DNA from: an uncultured cyanobacterium
GTDB lineage: Bacteria > Cyanobacteriota > Cyanobacteriia > Cyanobacteriales > CAWUOF01
Assembly (NCBI GenBank): GCA_963744145.1
Contig: CAVUSO010000001.1
Coordinates: forward strand, 1,408,001-1,472,000
Length of the DNA: 64,000 bases
Direction of reading: 5' to 3'
The position numbers were made by a program, and so were the translations under genes. Shown one piece after another: positions 1 to 9,327 of this stretch. The stretch's first letter is position 1, and each line of letters begins with the position of its first letter. The notes below the pieces were generated by a model. The model did no database searches, was not told the DNA's origin, and was given only the letters and a program-made list of their open reading frames with translations.

Positions 1-396
1 AGCATGGAGATGGGATAAAATCTCTGCCATCGCTAGGGCGATTTCTAAGACTTGTTGTAAAGTTAAGGGCTGCTCTTGGGTATATTTTGTCAAAGAAATA
101 TTACCCCCATCTTCCATGATGAGAGCATAGCCATTTTTGTACGGTTCTAGGCTCAAAGAACGAACAATACCAGGGACATTCAGATTTTTGGTAATAGTAT
201 ACTGATTGCGAAATTGGATTAATTCGCTCAAACTGGGATATTCCTGTCGCAGTATTTTAATCACTACTGGACGTTTTGCGGTTTCTTGTATACCTCTATA
301 TACTAGCGTCTTAGAGCCAGTATAGAGTTCTGCTTGGATGCTATAGCCGGGGATTTCAGGTAAGCTATTGGGAGTAATGCTAGCGTGGGCTGTCAT
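1..396 (-). CDS. N-terminal part (runs off window) of a Ser/Thr kinase, paralogue of the kinase-AAA-His kinase gene at 3040-9060
   Basis: Not in the ORF track. Manual translation from ATG at 396: MTAHASITPNSLPEIPGYSIQAELYTGSKTLVYRG...RQEYPSLSELIQFRNQYTITKNLNVPGIVRSLSLEPYKNGYALIMEDGG...LEIALAMAEILSHLHA, nearly colinear with the N-terminus of the 3040-9060 protein. Confidence 0.85.
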   Translation of the reverse strand, partial: MTAHASITPNSLPEIPGYSIQAELYTGSKTLVYRGIQETAKRPVVIKILRQEYPSLSELIQFRNQYTITKNLNVPGIVRSLSLEPYKNGYALIMEDGGNISLTKYTQEQPLTLQQVLEIALAMAEILSHLHA

Positions 397-627
397 TGGT
401 TCGGATCAGGAAATGTGATTAACTGAACATTCTACTTAAATAATAGAGGATAATATTAGGTTCGTTGTCGTGCTGTCTTCGACCTGATGGTTCTGGGATA
501 ATAGCGGCTTGCTGTAAACCTCTTATCCCCAGACTAGACTAATTGCGATTACATCAAATTTGATCTATTTTTTAACTTAAAGTCTCTACACCCTAACTCC
601 ATATCTTCATTAGGATGGTAATTTTGT

Positions 628-2256
628 ATGGGTTCCTCTTTATCCGAGGTTTTAATCATTGGTGCTGGCCCTGTTGGACTAACACTGGCATCTGAGCTAG
701 CTCGCTATGGAGTGCAATGTCGCATTGTCGATAAAGAACCTAGCCCAAAAACAATTTCCAAAGCCTTGATTCTGCATGTCCGCACCCAGGAAGTATTTGA
801 TGCTATGGGGGCAATTACTGCGGAAAAATCGATCAGCATACCCCTGCGACGGATCAGTTTGCATACTTACGGAAAGTTAATTGGACACTTGCACGCTGAT
901 GCAATTGATAGTCCCCATCCTCACCCGATTATTTTAGGTCAGGACAAAACCGAGCGTGTGTTAGAAGAACATCTGCATAACCTGGGAAATAAGGTGGAAT
1001 GGCAGGTGGAGGCGATCGGCTTTGAGCAAACGGAAACAGGTGTTGCTGTAACCCTGCGTCATCCTGATGGCCAGGAAGAAGTTGCCCATGCCAACTATCT
1101 TGTCGGTTGTGATGGTGCCCATAGTATGGTGCGAAAAAAGCTGGGCTTGAGCTTTGCAGGTGGCAAATATGAGAACGAGCAATTCATCCAAACCGATGCC
1201 AAAATTCGCTGGACACTGCCAAAAGGTACGAGCTACCTGTTCCTGACCCAGCAAGGTTACATGATGGTGATTGAAATGCCCGACGATATCGTCCGGGTGT
1301 TTATCTCTCTGTCCGACCCCGATCCTACAAATGAGACACCACCGACGTTACAGGAAGTACAGGATGCCTTGAACCAACTGGGAGGGCTGGAAGCCGAACT
1401 CTACGATCCGATCTGGCTAGCCCGCTATCGCACATCTCATCGTCGCGCCGATCGCTTCCGAGAAGGACGCATTTTTGTCGCCGGAGATGCCGGACATATC
1501 CATGTTCCTCTGGGCGGACAAGGGATGAATACAGGTATTCAGGATGCTTTTAACCTAGGATGGAAACTGGCATACACCCTGCAAGGCAAAGTGAATCCTA
1601 CTTTGTTGGATACCTATAACGCCGAGCGCATTCCAGTCGCAGAAGCGCTTTTGGCAGGCACAGATAAAGGCTACCGCATCATTTTGCATCCGAATGAGTT
1701 GAAACAGAATGCGGTGCGGTTATTAGGACCATTCATTGTTGGGCAGGAGTCGATTCGAGCAAAAATCCTACACACACTCGAAGAAGTGGATATCAGCTAC
1801 AAAGATACCAGCCCGATCGCGGCAGATTATGGGGGTAGTAGTGGACCGGTAGCAGGCGATCGCGCTCCTAGTGCAACAATCCTTCGACTTGCCGATTATG
1901 CAACAGTACAAATGTTCGATGTCTTCCGAGGCACCCACTGGACTTTGTTGCTCTTTGCTGGACAAAAAGCAGCACCTGAAATTTATGTGCAATTGTTGAG
2001 CATTCAACAAAGGGTGAGTGATAAATATCCTCAAGCGATCCACCCCTACCTGCTTGTCCCAGAACTACTCCCACCGCAAAACCTACCTCAGAGCAGCAGA
2101 ATCTTGATGGATAGTGAGCTTTATGCCCATGAAAAATATGGCATTTCTGCTCCATGCCTCTATTTAATTCGACCTGATTGGTATATCGGATTTCGGGGCG
2201 GGATCTCACAGAGCGATCGCCTGTTTGATTATCTCACTAAACTTTTCCTAGAGTAG
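628..2256 (+). CDS. FAD-dependent monooxygenase (PheA/TfdB-like aromatic hydroxylase family)
   Basis: GAGPVG Rossmann motif, VGCDGAHS (DG motif), AGDAGHIHVPLGGQGMNTGIQDAFNLGWKL (GD motif), C-terminal LIRPDWYIG. Confidence 0.9.
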   Translation: MGSSLSEVLIIGAGPVGLTLASELARYGVQCRIVDKEPSPKTISKALILHVRTQEVFDAMGAITAEKSISIPLRRISLHTYGKLIGHLHADAIDSPHPHPIILGQDKTERVLEEHLHNLGNKVEWQVEAIGFEQTETGVAVTLRHPDGQEEVAHANYLVGCDGAHSMVRKKLGLSFAGGKYENEQFIQTDAKIRWTLPKGTSYLFLTQQGYMMVIEMPDDIVRVFISLSDPDPTNETPPTLQEVQDALNQLGGLEAELYDPIWLARYRTSHRRADRFREGRIFVAGDAGHIHVPLGGQGMNTGIQDAFNLGWKLAYTLQGKVNPTLLDTYNAERIPVAEALLAGTDKGYRIILHPNELKQNAVRLLGPFIVGQESIRAKILHTLEEVDISYKDTSPIAADYGGSSGPVAGDRAPSATILRLADYATVQMFDVFRGTHWTLLLFAGQKAAPEIYVQLLSIQQRVSDKYPQAIHPYLLVPELLPPQNLPQSSRILMDSELYAHEKYGISAPCLYLIRPDWYIGFRGGISQSDRLFDYLTKLFLE

Positions 2257-2342
2257 ATACTGCTCGATTAATTGGGCGATCGCACGATCATTAAAATCTG
2301 CTGTCAGTTCTAGGATACGGGTACTAAAAGCATGATAGCGAT
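2254..2342 (-). repeat. Stray copy of the 3' end of the hybrid kinase gene (matches 3049-3137)
   Basis: 89-nt alignment with 7 mismatches by eye. Confidence 0.9.
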
Positions 2343-2421
2343 GTTCTAAGTTACGATCGAGTGTGGCTTTTTCGATCGTGATCGCCTATAATCAAAACAT
2401 AATTGAGCGCATCTATTCTTT

Positions 2422-2712
2422 ATGGGGTTCAAATTTGAATGGGATACTAAAAAAGCGGAAATTAATTTCCATAAACATGGCATCAGTTTTGATGAAGCAT
2501 CTACTGTATTTAATGATCCATTAGCTGTGATTTTTGATGATCCAGTTCATTCCTTCGGTGAACAACGAGAAATTATTATCGGTCATTCCGATCAAAATAA
2601 ATTACTTTTAGTTTGTTTTACTGAAAAGAAAAATAATATTATCCGTGTTTTCAGTTCTCGTTTAACTACTAAAAAAGAAAGGAAAGATTATGAACAAAAT
2701 TCCTTCCATTAA
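2422..2712 (+). CDS. brnT: BrnT family toxin (DUF497), type II toxin-antitoxin
   Basis: FEWDTKKAEINFHKHGISFDEASTVFNDP...EQREIIIG...LLLVCFTE...IRVFSSR..TKKERKDYE matches the BrnT pattern; overlaps the downstream small ORF. Confidence 0.9.
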   Translation: MGFKFEWDTKKAEINFHKHGISFDEASTVFNDPLAVIFDDPVHSFGEQREIIIGHSDQNKLLLVCFTEKKNNIIRVFSSRLTTKKERKDYEQNSFH

Positions 2713-2911
2713 TTCTGATTCTGATGAATCAGATGATTTATTAGCTGAATATAATTTTGATTATAGCCAAGCTCGTCCCAATCGTTTTGGATTAAAATCG
2801 CCCACTAAAATTACGATTACTCTCGATCCAGATGTTGCTGAAGTTTTTCAAACATCAGAATCAGTTAATCGTGCTTTACGTTGTTTACTAGCAGCTATTC
2901 CCAAGAATTAA
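2690..2911 (+). CDS. brnA: BrnA-type antitoxin
   Basis: Acidic N-terminus, EYNFDYSQARPNRF, ITLDPDVAEVF..SESVNRALR (ribbon-helix-helix-like); overlaps brnT. Confidence 0.8.
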   Translation: MNKIPSINSDSDESDDLLAEYNFDYSQARPNRFGLKSPTKITITLDPDVAEVFQTSESVNRALRCLLAAIPKN

Positions 2912-2914
2912 GTT

Positions 2915-2998
2915 CTCTGTTCTCTTTTCGATAGGGATACTCAATGGCTTTTTCAATGGCTGCTGACGGAATCGCTGTTTCCAAAGCTTTGATAATCA
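2915..2998 (-). pseudogene. Possible remnant of an IS4-family transposase N-terminus
   Basis: Minus frame reads MIIKALETAIPSAAIEKAIE, reminiscent of cyanobacterial IS4 transposase N-termini. From memory only; very short. Confidence 0.3.
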
Positions 2999-3039
2999 TC
3001 CATTTCTAATTCGCTAACCTGAGTAGAAATCTGGACTAT

Positions 3040-6000
3040 TTAAACTCCTAGATGCTGTTCGATTAATTGGGCGATCGCACTATCATTAAAATCTGCTGTC
3101 AGTTCTAGGATGCTAGTACCAAAAGCATGATAGCGATCGTCCCTTACCATTAAAGACTTTACTGCTTCCTCAATTGCGGCAATATCTCCCATTTTAGCTC
3201 CCTTTAGCAGCATTTCTAACTCTTGAGGAGGTGGGATGATCTGCTCTACATTTGGAACGACTTCCTCTGTTGTTAAAGTGGTAAACTCTTCATAAATCCA
3301 CTCCAATTGGAAATATTTTTGCAGACCAGCTAACAACTGCTCAAAGTTAATCGGTTTTTGGAGAAAGTCATTGCAACCTACCTCTAAACTCCTTGCTTGG
3401 TCTTCAGTCAAAACGCTAGCGGAAGAAGCAATTATTATGGTGTTTTGTAACTGAGAAAGCGATCGCAGTTGTCGCACCATTTCCCAACTATCTAAAATCG
3501 GGATCAGTAACTCTGTAATGATCAAATCAGGTTGAACCACTAGCGATTGATTTAGACCTTCTTCCCCATTTTCTGCTTCGTAACATTCAAATCCTAAAGG
3601 TATTAATAGTTTTAATAAAATCTCGCGGTTTACCAATTTATCATCCACAATTAACAGCTTGCGTCTTGGACCATGATAACCAATAATTTTACCCTGGATA
3701 TTTCCTAATCTTTCCTCAATCTGAGCGATCGGAACTTCCACCTCAAAGAAAAATCTACTTCCTATTCCTAGTTGACTCGTGACTTGAATATTACTATCCA
3801 TCAAATTGACGATTTTTTGCGAGATCGCTAACCCCAAACCCGTACCCTCTGCTTGTCGTGATTTCGAGCCAACTTGCTCAAAAGGTAAGAATATTTTGGT
3901 TAATTGTGCTGGACTCATCCCAATCCCTGTATCCTCTACTACAAAACGCAATTTAATCTGATGATTGGATGAGATGGAAAGCTTTTGTACAATAAAAGTC
4001 ACACTACCTGTATCCGTAAATTTAATGGCATTACCTAACAGATTAAGTAATACTTGACGGAGACATTTTTCATCAACAGTGATAGCATTGGGTAAATTAG
4101 GATCAATCATTGAATGAAAAGCAATTCCTTTCTGTTGGGCGCGGATATCTAACATTTCTACTACACCGAGCAAGAAAAAGGACAACTTAATTTCTTGGGG
4201 ATTTAATTCTAGTTTACGGGCTTCAATTTTCGCCAGATCCAGGATATCGTTAATTAAATTTAGGAGATGATGGGCAGATTGAGCGATGACATCCACCCCA
4301 CGACTTTGAGTATTCAGGTCTCGAACCCGTTTCATAATTTGAGTATAGCCAAGAATTCCATTCAGAGGAGTGCGTAACTCATGGCTCATCGAAGCGAGAA
4401 ATTCACTTTTGGCTTGGTTAGCAGATTCAGCTACAGCTTTAGCTTGTTTGAGTTCTTCGGTTCTTTGTTCAACTTTTTGTTCGAGGGTATGGGAGTATTC
4501 TTCTAAGCGACTGTAAAGAAGGGCATTTTCGATCGCGATCGAGACTTGAGTAGTTAAAATTTTCAGAATTTCTTGGTGACGTTCGGTAAAAGCAGCTACG
4601 GTTTGGCTATTTTCTAGATAGAGAATCCCGATCATCGTATTTTGTTTGAGGATGGGTAAACATAAGATGCTTTTTGGTTGTTGAATTTGAATATAGCGAT
4701 CGCTACTCCATCGCTCAATTTGAGTAACATCATCAAAAACTAGGGTTTCTGTGGTGTTGCGAACGTAACGAATCAGGGAAATAGGTACATCAGCACTGGT
4801 TTCTAGTGATTCTTTGGGGAAAGACTCCTGCTTTTGCTGTTCTTGTAAAGTAGCCAGAGCTTCTACTTGCCACTCAGGATGAGCAGGTAAAATCAACGCA
4901 CATTTAGCAGCACCAGAATTTTCCATTAAAATTCCGGCTAGTTTGCTAATTAGTTGGTCATGCTGGAGTTCGCTAGAGATGGCTTGAGCGGCTTTGAGAA
5001 TACTAGCGACATCAAGGGTTTTAGAAGTGCTACTACTGCTAGAGGTGCTAGAAGTCTTGCGGGTAGTAAGAGTCGGGGCTGCGATCGTGTCTTGGGGATT
5101 GAGTTTCAGTTGGGTAATTGATAAAATTGACTCTAATAGTTGCGGGTAGCGTTCCTCCAGATCGTTGATTTTGGCTAAAGCTCCCCAACGAGCATAGCCG
5201 TAGTAGGCAGCCAGCATATAACCTGTTGCTACTTGTTCTTTGCCACGATTGAGATAATATTCGGCGGCGAGTTCGTTGGCTAGGGCTTCTTCTTGGATGT
5301 AGCTGTGGTTTTTAGCCCCAGCGATCGCGCGATCGTAATAGTCTTCAGCTTTCAGACGATCGCCTGAAATTCGTGCTTTTTCTGCTTCTACTAGGTCATA
5401 CTTGTGTTGATAGTTGACCGGGGCATGGTGCGCCCAGTGCTGCATTTTTTGCTGATTTTCTTGTACTTGGAGCAGATATTGTTGTTGTTCGGTAGGTTCA
5501 ACGTTAGTATAGTTAGCCAGGAGAGATAGGGAATAATAAAAGTTATAAGCTACCAAAGTTATCAATCCGATCCCGCTGCCAATTTGTTCTAGTGCTAACA
5601 AAGCATTGTCAATTGCTTGAGGGAAATTTTTGAATAAATAGCAAAGAATTGTTTTATTAACATATACAGCCAAAAGAGTTACACGATTTTTTGTTGCTTG
5701 CAAATATGGCAGCATGGCTGTTTCGTCAAAACTTTCACCAATCAACAGAAATTTATTTGACGTTAGCCCTTGTAAATTTAAGGTTAGTTGATGAAAATTT
5801 TGGATGTATTTAGTTGGAAATTTTTGCTTTAATTTACTCATTAAATCAATGTATCCTAGCTGCTCATTTGCCACTAATTCTAATGGTTTACCAGTCCAAA
5901 ATATGTGACCTGAATAGTGAAGAGCGCAAATCCCAGCATACTCTATATCTCCAACCTCTAGTCCACTATGAAATCCCTCTCTTAACGGTGCTAAAGTTTC

Positions 6001-9000
6001 CTCTATATGCTCTTTCCAGTGTCGAACCAATCCGTTAAAAGGAGCATAAACTCTACTTTTTAGTTCTTTGGCATTGAATTGCTCTAATAATCTTAAAGAT
6101 AGTTGACCAGCATAATATCCAGCATCTAATTCACCCATTAATCCAGATAAAATCATGCCATAATCAATATAGGCGATCGCAGCTATGGCTGAATGACCTT
6201 CTTCAATACAAAGACTAATCATAGTCAAAACTATCTGCATAGAAGCTGGAGAATTAGCAATCACAGCAGCCGCACTAATCTTCATCAAAATTTGCATAGC
6301 TGCCAGCTTATACGGATCGGTCATTATCGGGAAATTTTCTAAATCTTCAAGCTGAGGTAACTGCATTTTCTCAGTGTTCTCATTGCCAGGAAGAGGAGAT
6401 AATTGCACTCCCAATAATTCAACTACTTTTATTCCTGTTTCAATTGCTTCTAGCATTTGATTTTGGCTAATCGCAAACTGGATTTTCAACTCATAGACCT
6501 TTACCTTATCCAGCAGATTTTTAGCTTGTTGTAAAACAATTTCCACTAATTTTTCTGATTGCTCAAAATCAGTGTTTAAATATTCAGTTTCCGCTAATGC
6601 TATATGAAGTTTAAGGGTCAATTCATAGTGACTCTGCCAACTATTTGCTGGCAACAATTCCAAACCCACCATTAAATATTCATTCGCTATGCCATAAGCC
6701 GTGGCTGTTTTCGCTTTTCCTCCCGCCCGCAGATTTAATTCAATTAGTTCTTGACGTTGACTTTCTTCCTCTAACAGTTCTCGTCCTTTATTCAATTGAT
6801 TAACAATAGAAAACAGTTTTTTTTCCTGTTGTTCTGGGAATGTTTCACTTAATAATAATTGCCCAATCTTGAGATGAGTAGCAGGTTTTTCAGCTTCGGC
6901 AATTAATAAATAAGCTGCCTGTTGTATCCGGTCATGGAGAAAGCGATAAGTTAAAGAAATATCTTTTAATTGTGATAACTCTTGATTGTCTTCAGACTGA
7001 AAAAATTTATATACTTGTGTAGTCGGCAAAATCAATCCTTCTTGCAGAGATACCCACAATCTAGAAGTAATCTCTAAAGCAGATTGTTCACACACGATCG
7101 CCAATGTTTCTAAATCAAACTGATTACCAATACAAGCAGCAACTTGCATTACTTTTTGAGTTTCTGCGGGTAGTTTTTGTAGCTGAATTGCCATAAATTC
7201 AACTATATCATCACTGATGGCAAGTAAACCTATCCCGCTTAAATCACACTGCCAATAACCCAATGTCCGCTCAAACTTAATCAAATCTTCTCCATACAAA
7301 AACTTGAGAAACTGATTGGTAAAAAACGGATTTCCGCCAGTTTTTTGATATACTAAGTTAGTCAGTGGTTCGGCTAATTCCCCCGCACAATTAAGCGTAG
7401 CTGCGATTAATTGATTAATATCTTTTACAGTTAATGCTTCTAGGGTTATCGTCTGAAGTGCTAGCCCAAATTTTTTCATTTCTGCTACGGTTTGCATCAA
7501 GGGATGGACAGGAGAAACTTCATTATCCCGATAAGCACCAATTAACAATAAATAGCCACTTTGATTGTCACTCAGTAAGAGTTGAAGCAGTTGTAATGAG
7601 GTATAATCAGCCCATTGTAAATCATCGAGGAAAATGACTAGAGGATGAACCGGAGTAGCTAGGGTACAGATGAAATTCTGAAATAATAAATTAAAGCGAT
7701 TTTGAGCAGCACTCCCAGAAAGCTCTGGTGCTGGAGCTGGTTGACCAATGATTCTTTCTAATTCGGGAATAACTTCAATTAATACTTGTGCGCTTTCTCC
7801 TAATGCTGCTAATATCTTCTCACGCCAGATTTGTAATTCTTGGTCACTTTCACTAAGTAATTGTCCCAGGAAATCTCGGAAAGCTTGAGCGATCGCACTT
7901 AAAGGAATATTCCGATTAAATTGGTCAAATTTCCCTTTAATAAAATATCCTTTTTGCCTGGTAATTGGTTTATGCACTTCATTAACAACAGCAGTTTTCC
8001 CAATTCCAGAAAAACCTGCTACTAAGATTAATTCCCTATTACCATTACTGATTCTCTCAAAAGCATTTAATAGTTGATTAACTTCGTTTTCTCTACCGTA
8101 GAGTTTTTCGGGGATAATGAAGCGATCGGACAGATCCCGCTCTCCTAATCTAAAATTAACTATCTCCCCGGTACTTTCCAACTGTTGCCAACATTTTTCT
8201 AGATCATATTTTAACCCCAAGGCACTTTGATATCGATCTTCGGCATTTTTCGCCATCAATTTGACAATAATCGCTGATACTACTGGGGAGATAGTTTCAT
8301 TGAGCGCATGAGGTGGTACTGGGTTTTTGGCAATGTGAGAATATACTAATTCTAAGGGATCATTCGTGGGAAAAGGTAACTGCTCTGTCAACAGTTCATA
8401 CAAGGTTACCCCTAAACTATAAAAATCAGCACGGTAATCAATCCCACGATTCATCCTTCCGGTTTGTTCGGGTGCTAAATAAGCGAGAGTTCCTTCTAAG
8501 ACATTAGGATTTTGAATTTCTTGGGTTTCTTTTGGCAATAATGAGGCAATGCTGAAGTCAATTAGATTAATTTGTTGCGTTTCTGGATGAATAAGAATAT
8601 TAGAAGGTTTGATATCTTTGTGGATGACTCGGTTAGCGTGCAGATGGTGCAATATCTCCGCCATTGCTAGGGCAATTTCTAATACCTGAGTCAAGGTAAA
8701 TGGTTGATGTTGAGCATATTGTCTCAGGGAGATGCTACCTCCATCTTCCATAACTAGAGCATAGCCATTTTTGTAAGGTTCTAGGCTCAAAGAACGAACG
8801 ATACCAGGAATATTCAGGTTTTTGGTAATAGTATACTGATTGCGAAACTGCACTAAGTCGCTAAAATTGGGATATTCCTGTCGCAATACCTTAATGATAG
8901 CTGGACGTTGTTGGCTAATTTGGATTGCTCGATATACCAGCGTCTTAGAACCTGCGTATATTTGCGATTGAATGCTGTACCCTGGGATCTCAGGCAAGTT

Positions 9001-9060
9001 GTTGGGGGTAATGCGGTCAGTGGGTTTCATAGGTTTGGGGGGTATAGATTCAATAGCCAT
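3040..9060 (-). CDS. Multidomain Ser/Thr kinase - AAA ATPase - helical region - GAF - His kinase - receiver protein (HstK-like)
   Basis: HKDIKPSN, DFSIAS, GTLAYLAPEQTGRMNR; Walker A GFSGIGKT and Walker B IFLDDLQW; GAF; H-box MSHELRTPLNG; N-box NLLGNAIKFT; G-boxes DTGIG and GTGLGL; receiver. Start moved to ATG 9060 (MAIESIPP). Confidence 0.93.
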   Translation of the reverse strand: MAIESIPPKPMKPTDRITPNNLPEIPGYSIQSQIYAGSKTLVYRAIQISQQRPAIIKVLRQEYPNFSDLVQFRNQYTITKNLNIPGIVRSLSLEPYKNGYALVMEDGGSISLRQYAQHQPFTLTQVLEIALAMAEILHHLHANRVIHKDIKPSNILIHPETQQINLIDFSIASLLPKETQEIQNPNVLEGTLAYLAPEQTGRMNRGIDYRADFYSLGVTLYELLTEQLPFPTNDPLELVYSHIAKNPVPPHALNETISPVVSAIIVKLMAKNAEDRYQSALGLKYDLEKCWQQLESTGEIVNFRLGERDLSDRFIIPEKLYGRENEVNQLLNAFERISNGNRELILVAGFSGIGKTAVVNEVHKPITRQKGYFIKGKFDQFNRNIPLSAIAQAFRDFLGQLLSESDQELQIWREKILAALGESAQVLIEVIPELERIIGQPAPAPELSGSAAQNRFNLLFQNFICTLATPVHPLVIFLDDLQWADYTSLQLLQLLLSDNQSGYLLLIGAYRDNEVSPVHPLMQTVAEMKKFGLALQTITLEALTVKDINQLIAATLNCAGELAEPLTNLVYQKTGGNPFFTNQFLKFLYGEDLIKFERTLGYWQCDLSGIGLLAISDDIVEFMAIQLQKLPAETQKVMQVAACIGNQFDLETLAIVCEQSALEITSRLWVSLQEGLILPTTQVYKFFQSEDNQELSQLKDISLTYRFLHDRIQQAAYLLIAEAEKPATHLKIGQLLLSETFPEQQEKKLFSIVNQLNKGRELLEEESQRQELIELNLRAGGKAKTATAYGIANEYLMVGLELLPANSWQSHYELTLKLHIALAETEYLNTDFEQSEKLVEIVLQQAKNLLDKVKVYELKIQFAISQNQMLEAIETGIKVVELLGVQLSPLPGNENTEKMQLPQLEDLENFPIMTDPYKLAAMQILMKISAAAVIANSPASMQIVLTMISLCIEEGHSAIAAIAYIDYGMILSGLMGELDAGYYAGQLSLRLLEQFNAKELKSRVYAPFNGLVRHWKEHIEETLAPLREGFHSGLEVGDIEYAGICALHYSGHIFWTGKPLELVANEQLGYIDLMSKLKQKFPTKYIQNFHQLTLNLQGLTSNKFLLIGESFDETAMLPYLQATKNRVTLLAVYVNKTILCYLFKNFPQAIDNALLALEQIGSGIGLITLVAYNFYYSLSLLANYTNVEPTEQQQYLLQVQENQQKMQHWAHHAPVNYQHKYDLVEAEKARISGDRLKAEDYYDRAIAGAKNHSYIQEEALANELAAEYYLNRGKEQVATGYMLAAYYGYARWGALAKINDLEERYPQLLESILSITQLKLNPQDTIAAPTLTTRKTSSTSSSSSTSKTLDVASILKAAQAISSELQHDQLISKLAGILMENSGAAKCALILPAHPEWQVEALATLQEQQKQESFPKESLETSADVPISLIRYVRNTTETLVFDDVTQIERWSSDRYIQIQQPKSILCLPILKQNTMIGILYLENSQTVAAFTERHQEILKILTTQVSIAIENALLYSRLEEYSHTLEQKVEQRTEELKQAKAVAESANQAKSEFLASMSHELRTPLNGILGYTQIMKRVRDLNTQSRGVDVIAQSAHHLLNLINDILDLAKIEARKLELNPQEIKLSFFLLGVVEMLDIRAQQKGIAFHSMIDPNLPNAITVDEKCLRQVLLNLLGNAIKFTDTGSVTFIVQKLSISSNHQIKLRFVVEDTGIGMSPAQLTKIFLPFEQVGSKSRQAEGTGLGLAISQKIVNLMDSNIQVTSQLGIGSRFFFEVEVPIAQIEERLGNIQGKIIGYHGPRRKLLIVDDKLVNREILLKLLIPLGFECYEAENGEEGLNQSLVVQPDLIITELLIPILDSWEMVRQLRSLSQLQNTIIIASSASVLTEDQARSLEVGCNDFLQKPINFEQLLAGLQKYFQLEWIYEEFTTLTTEEVVPNVEQIIPPPQELEMLLKGAKMGDIAAIEEAVKSLMVRDDRYHAFGTSILELTADFNDSAIAQLIEQHLGV

Positions 9061-9144
9061 AGTCAATCGAACTCTTGCAAAATTACAAGTTGTCACTGAG
9101 AGAAACCCACCCATGCGAGGGGTCGGGATAAATCAGGCTACCCC

Positions 9145-9247
9145 GATCATATTATCATCAAAATCTGCTGTCAGTTCTAGGATACTAGTACCAAAAGCAT
9201 GATAACCATCGTCCCTTGTCCTCAAATACCTTACTGCTTCCTGAATT
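9145..9247 (-). repeat. Second stray copy of the hybrid-kinase 3' segment (matches about 3073-3175)
   Basis: AAATCTGCTGTCAGTTCTAGGAT-CTAGTACCAAAAGCATGATA core is shared; the flanks are more diverged. Confidence 0.85.
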
Positions 9248-9327
9248 ATACAAAGAATGGCATAAAAATAAAAATTAGCCAGAGCTGAGTCATTACTAAT
9301 GGCTAATTATTTGATCTACAGATTAAA

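Noticed and set aside
8972..9202. 76-aa plus-strand ORF
   Set aside because: Antisense to the kinase start and to the duplicated 3' fragment.
2254..9247. Three copies of the kinase 3' end as a DGR template/variable repeat
   Set aside because: Mismatches are not confined to adenines on either strand, and there is no reverse transcriptase in the window.
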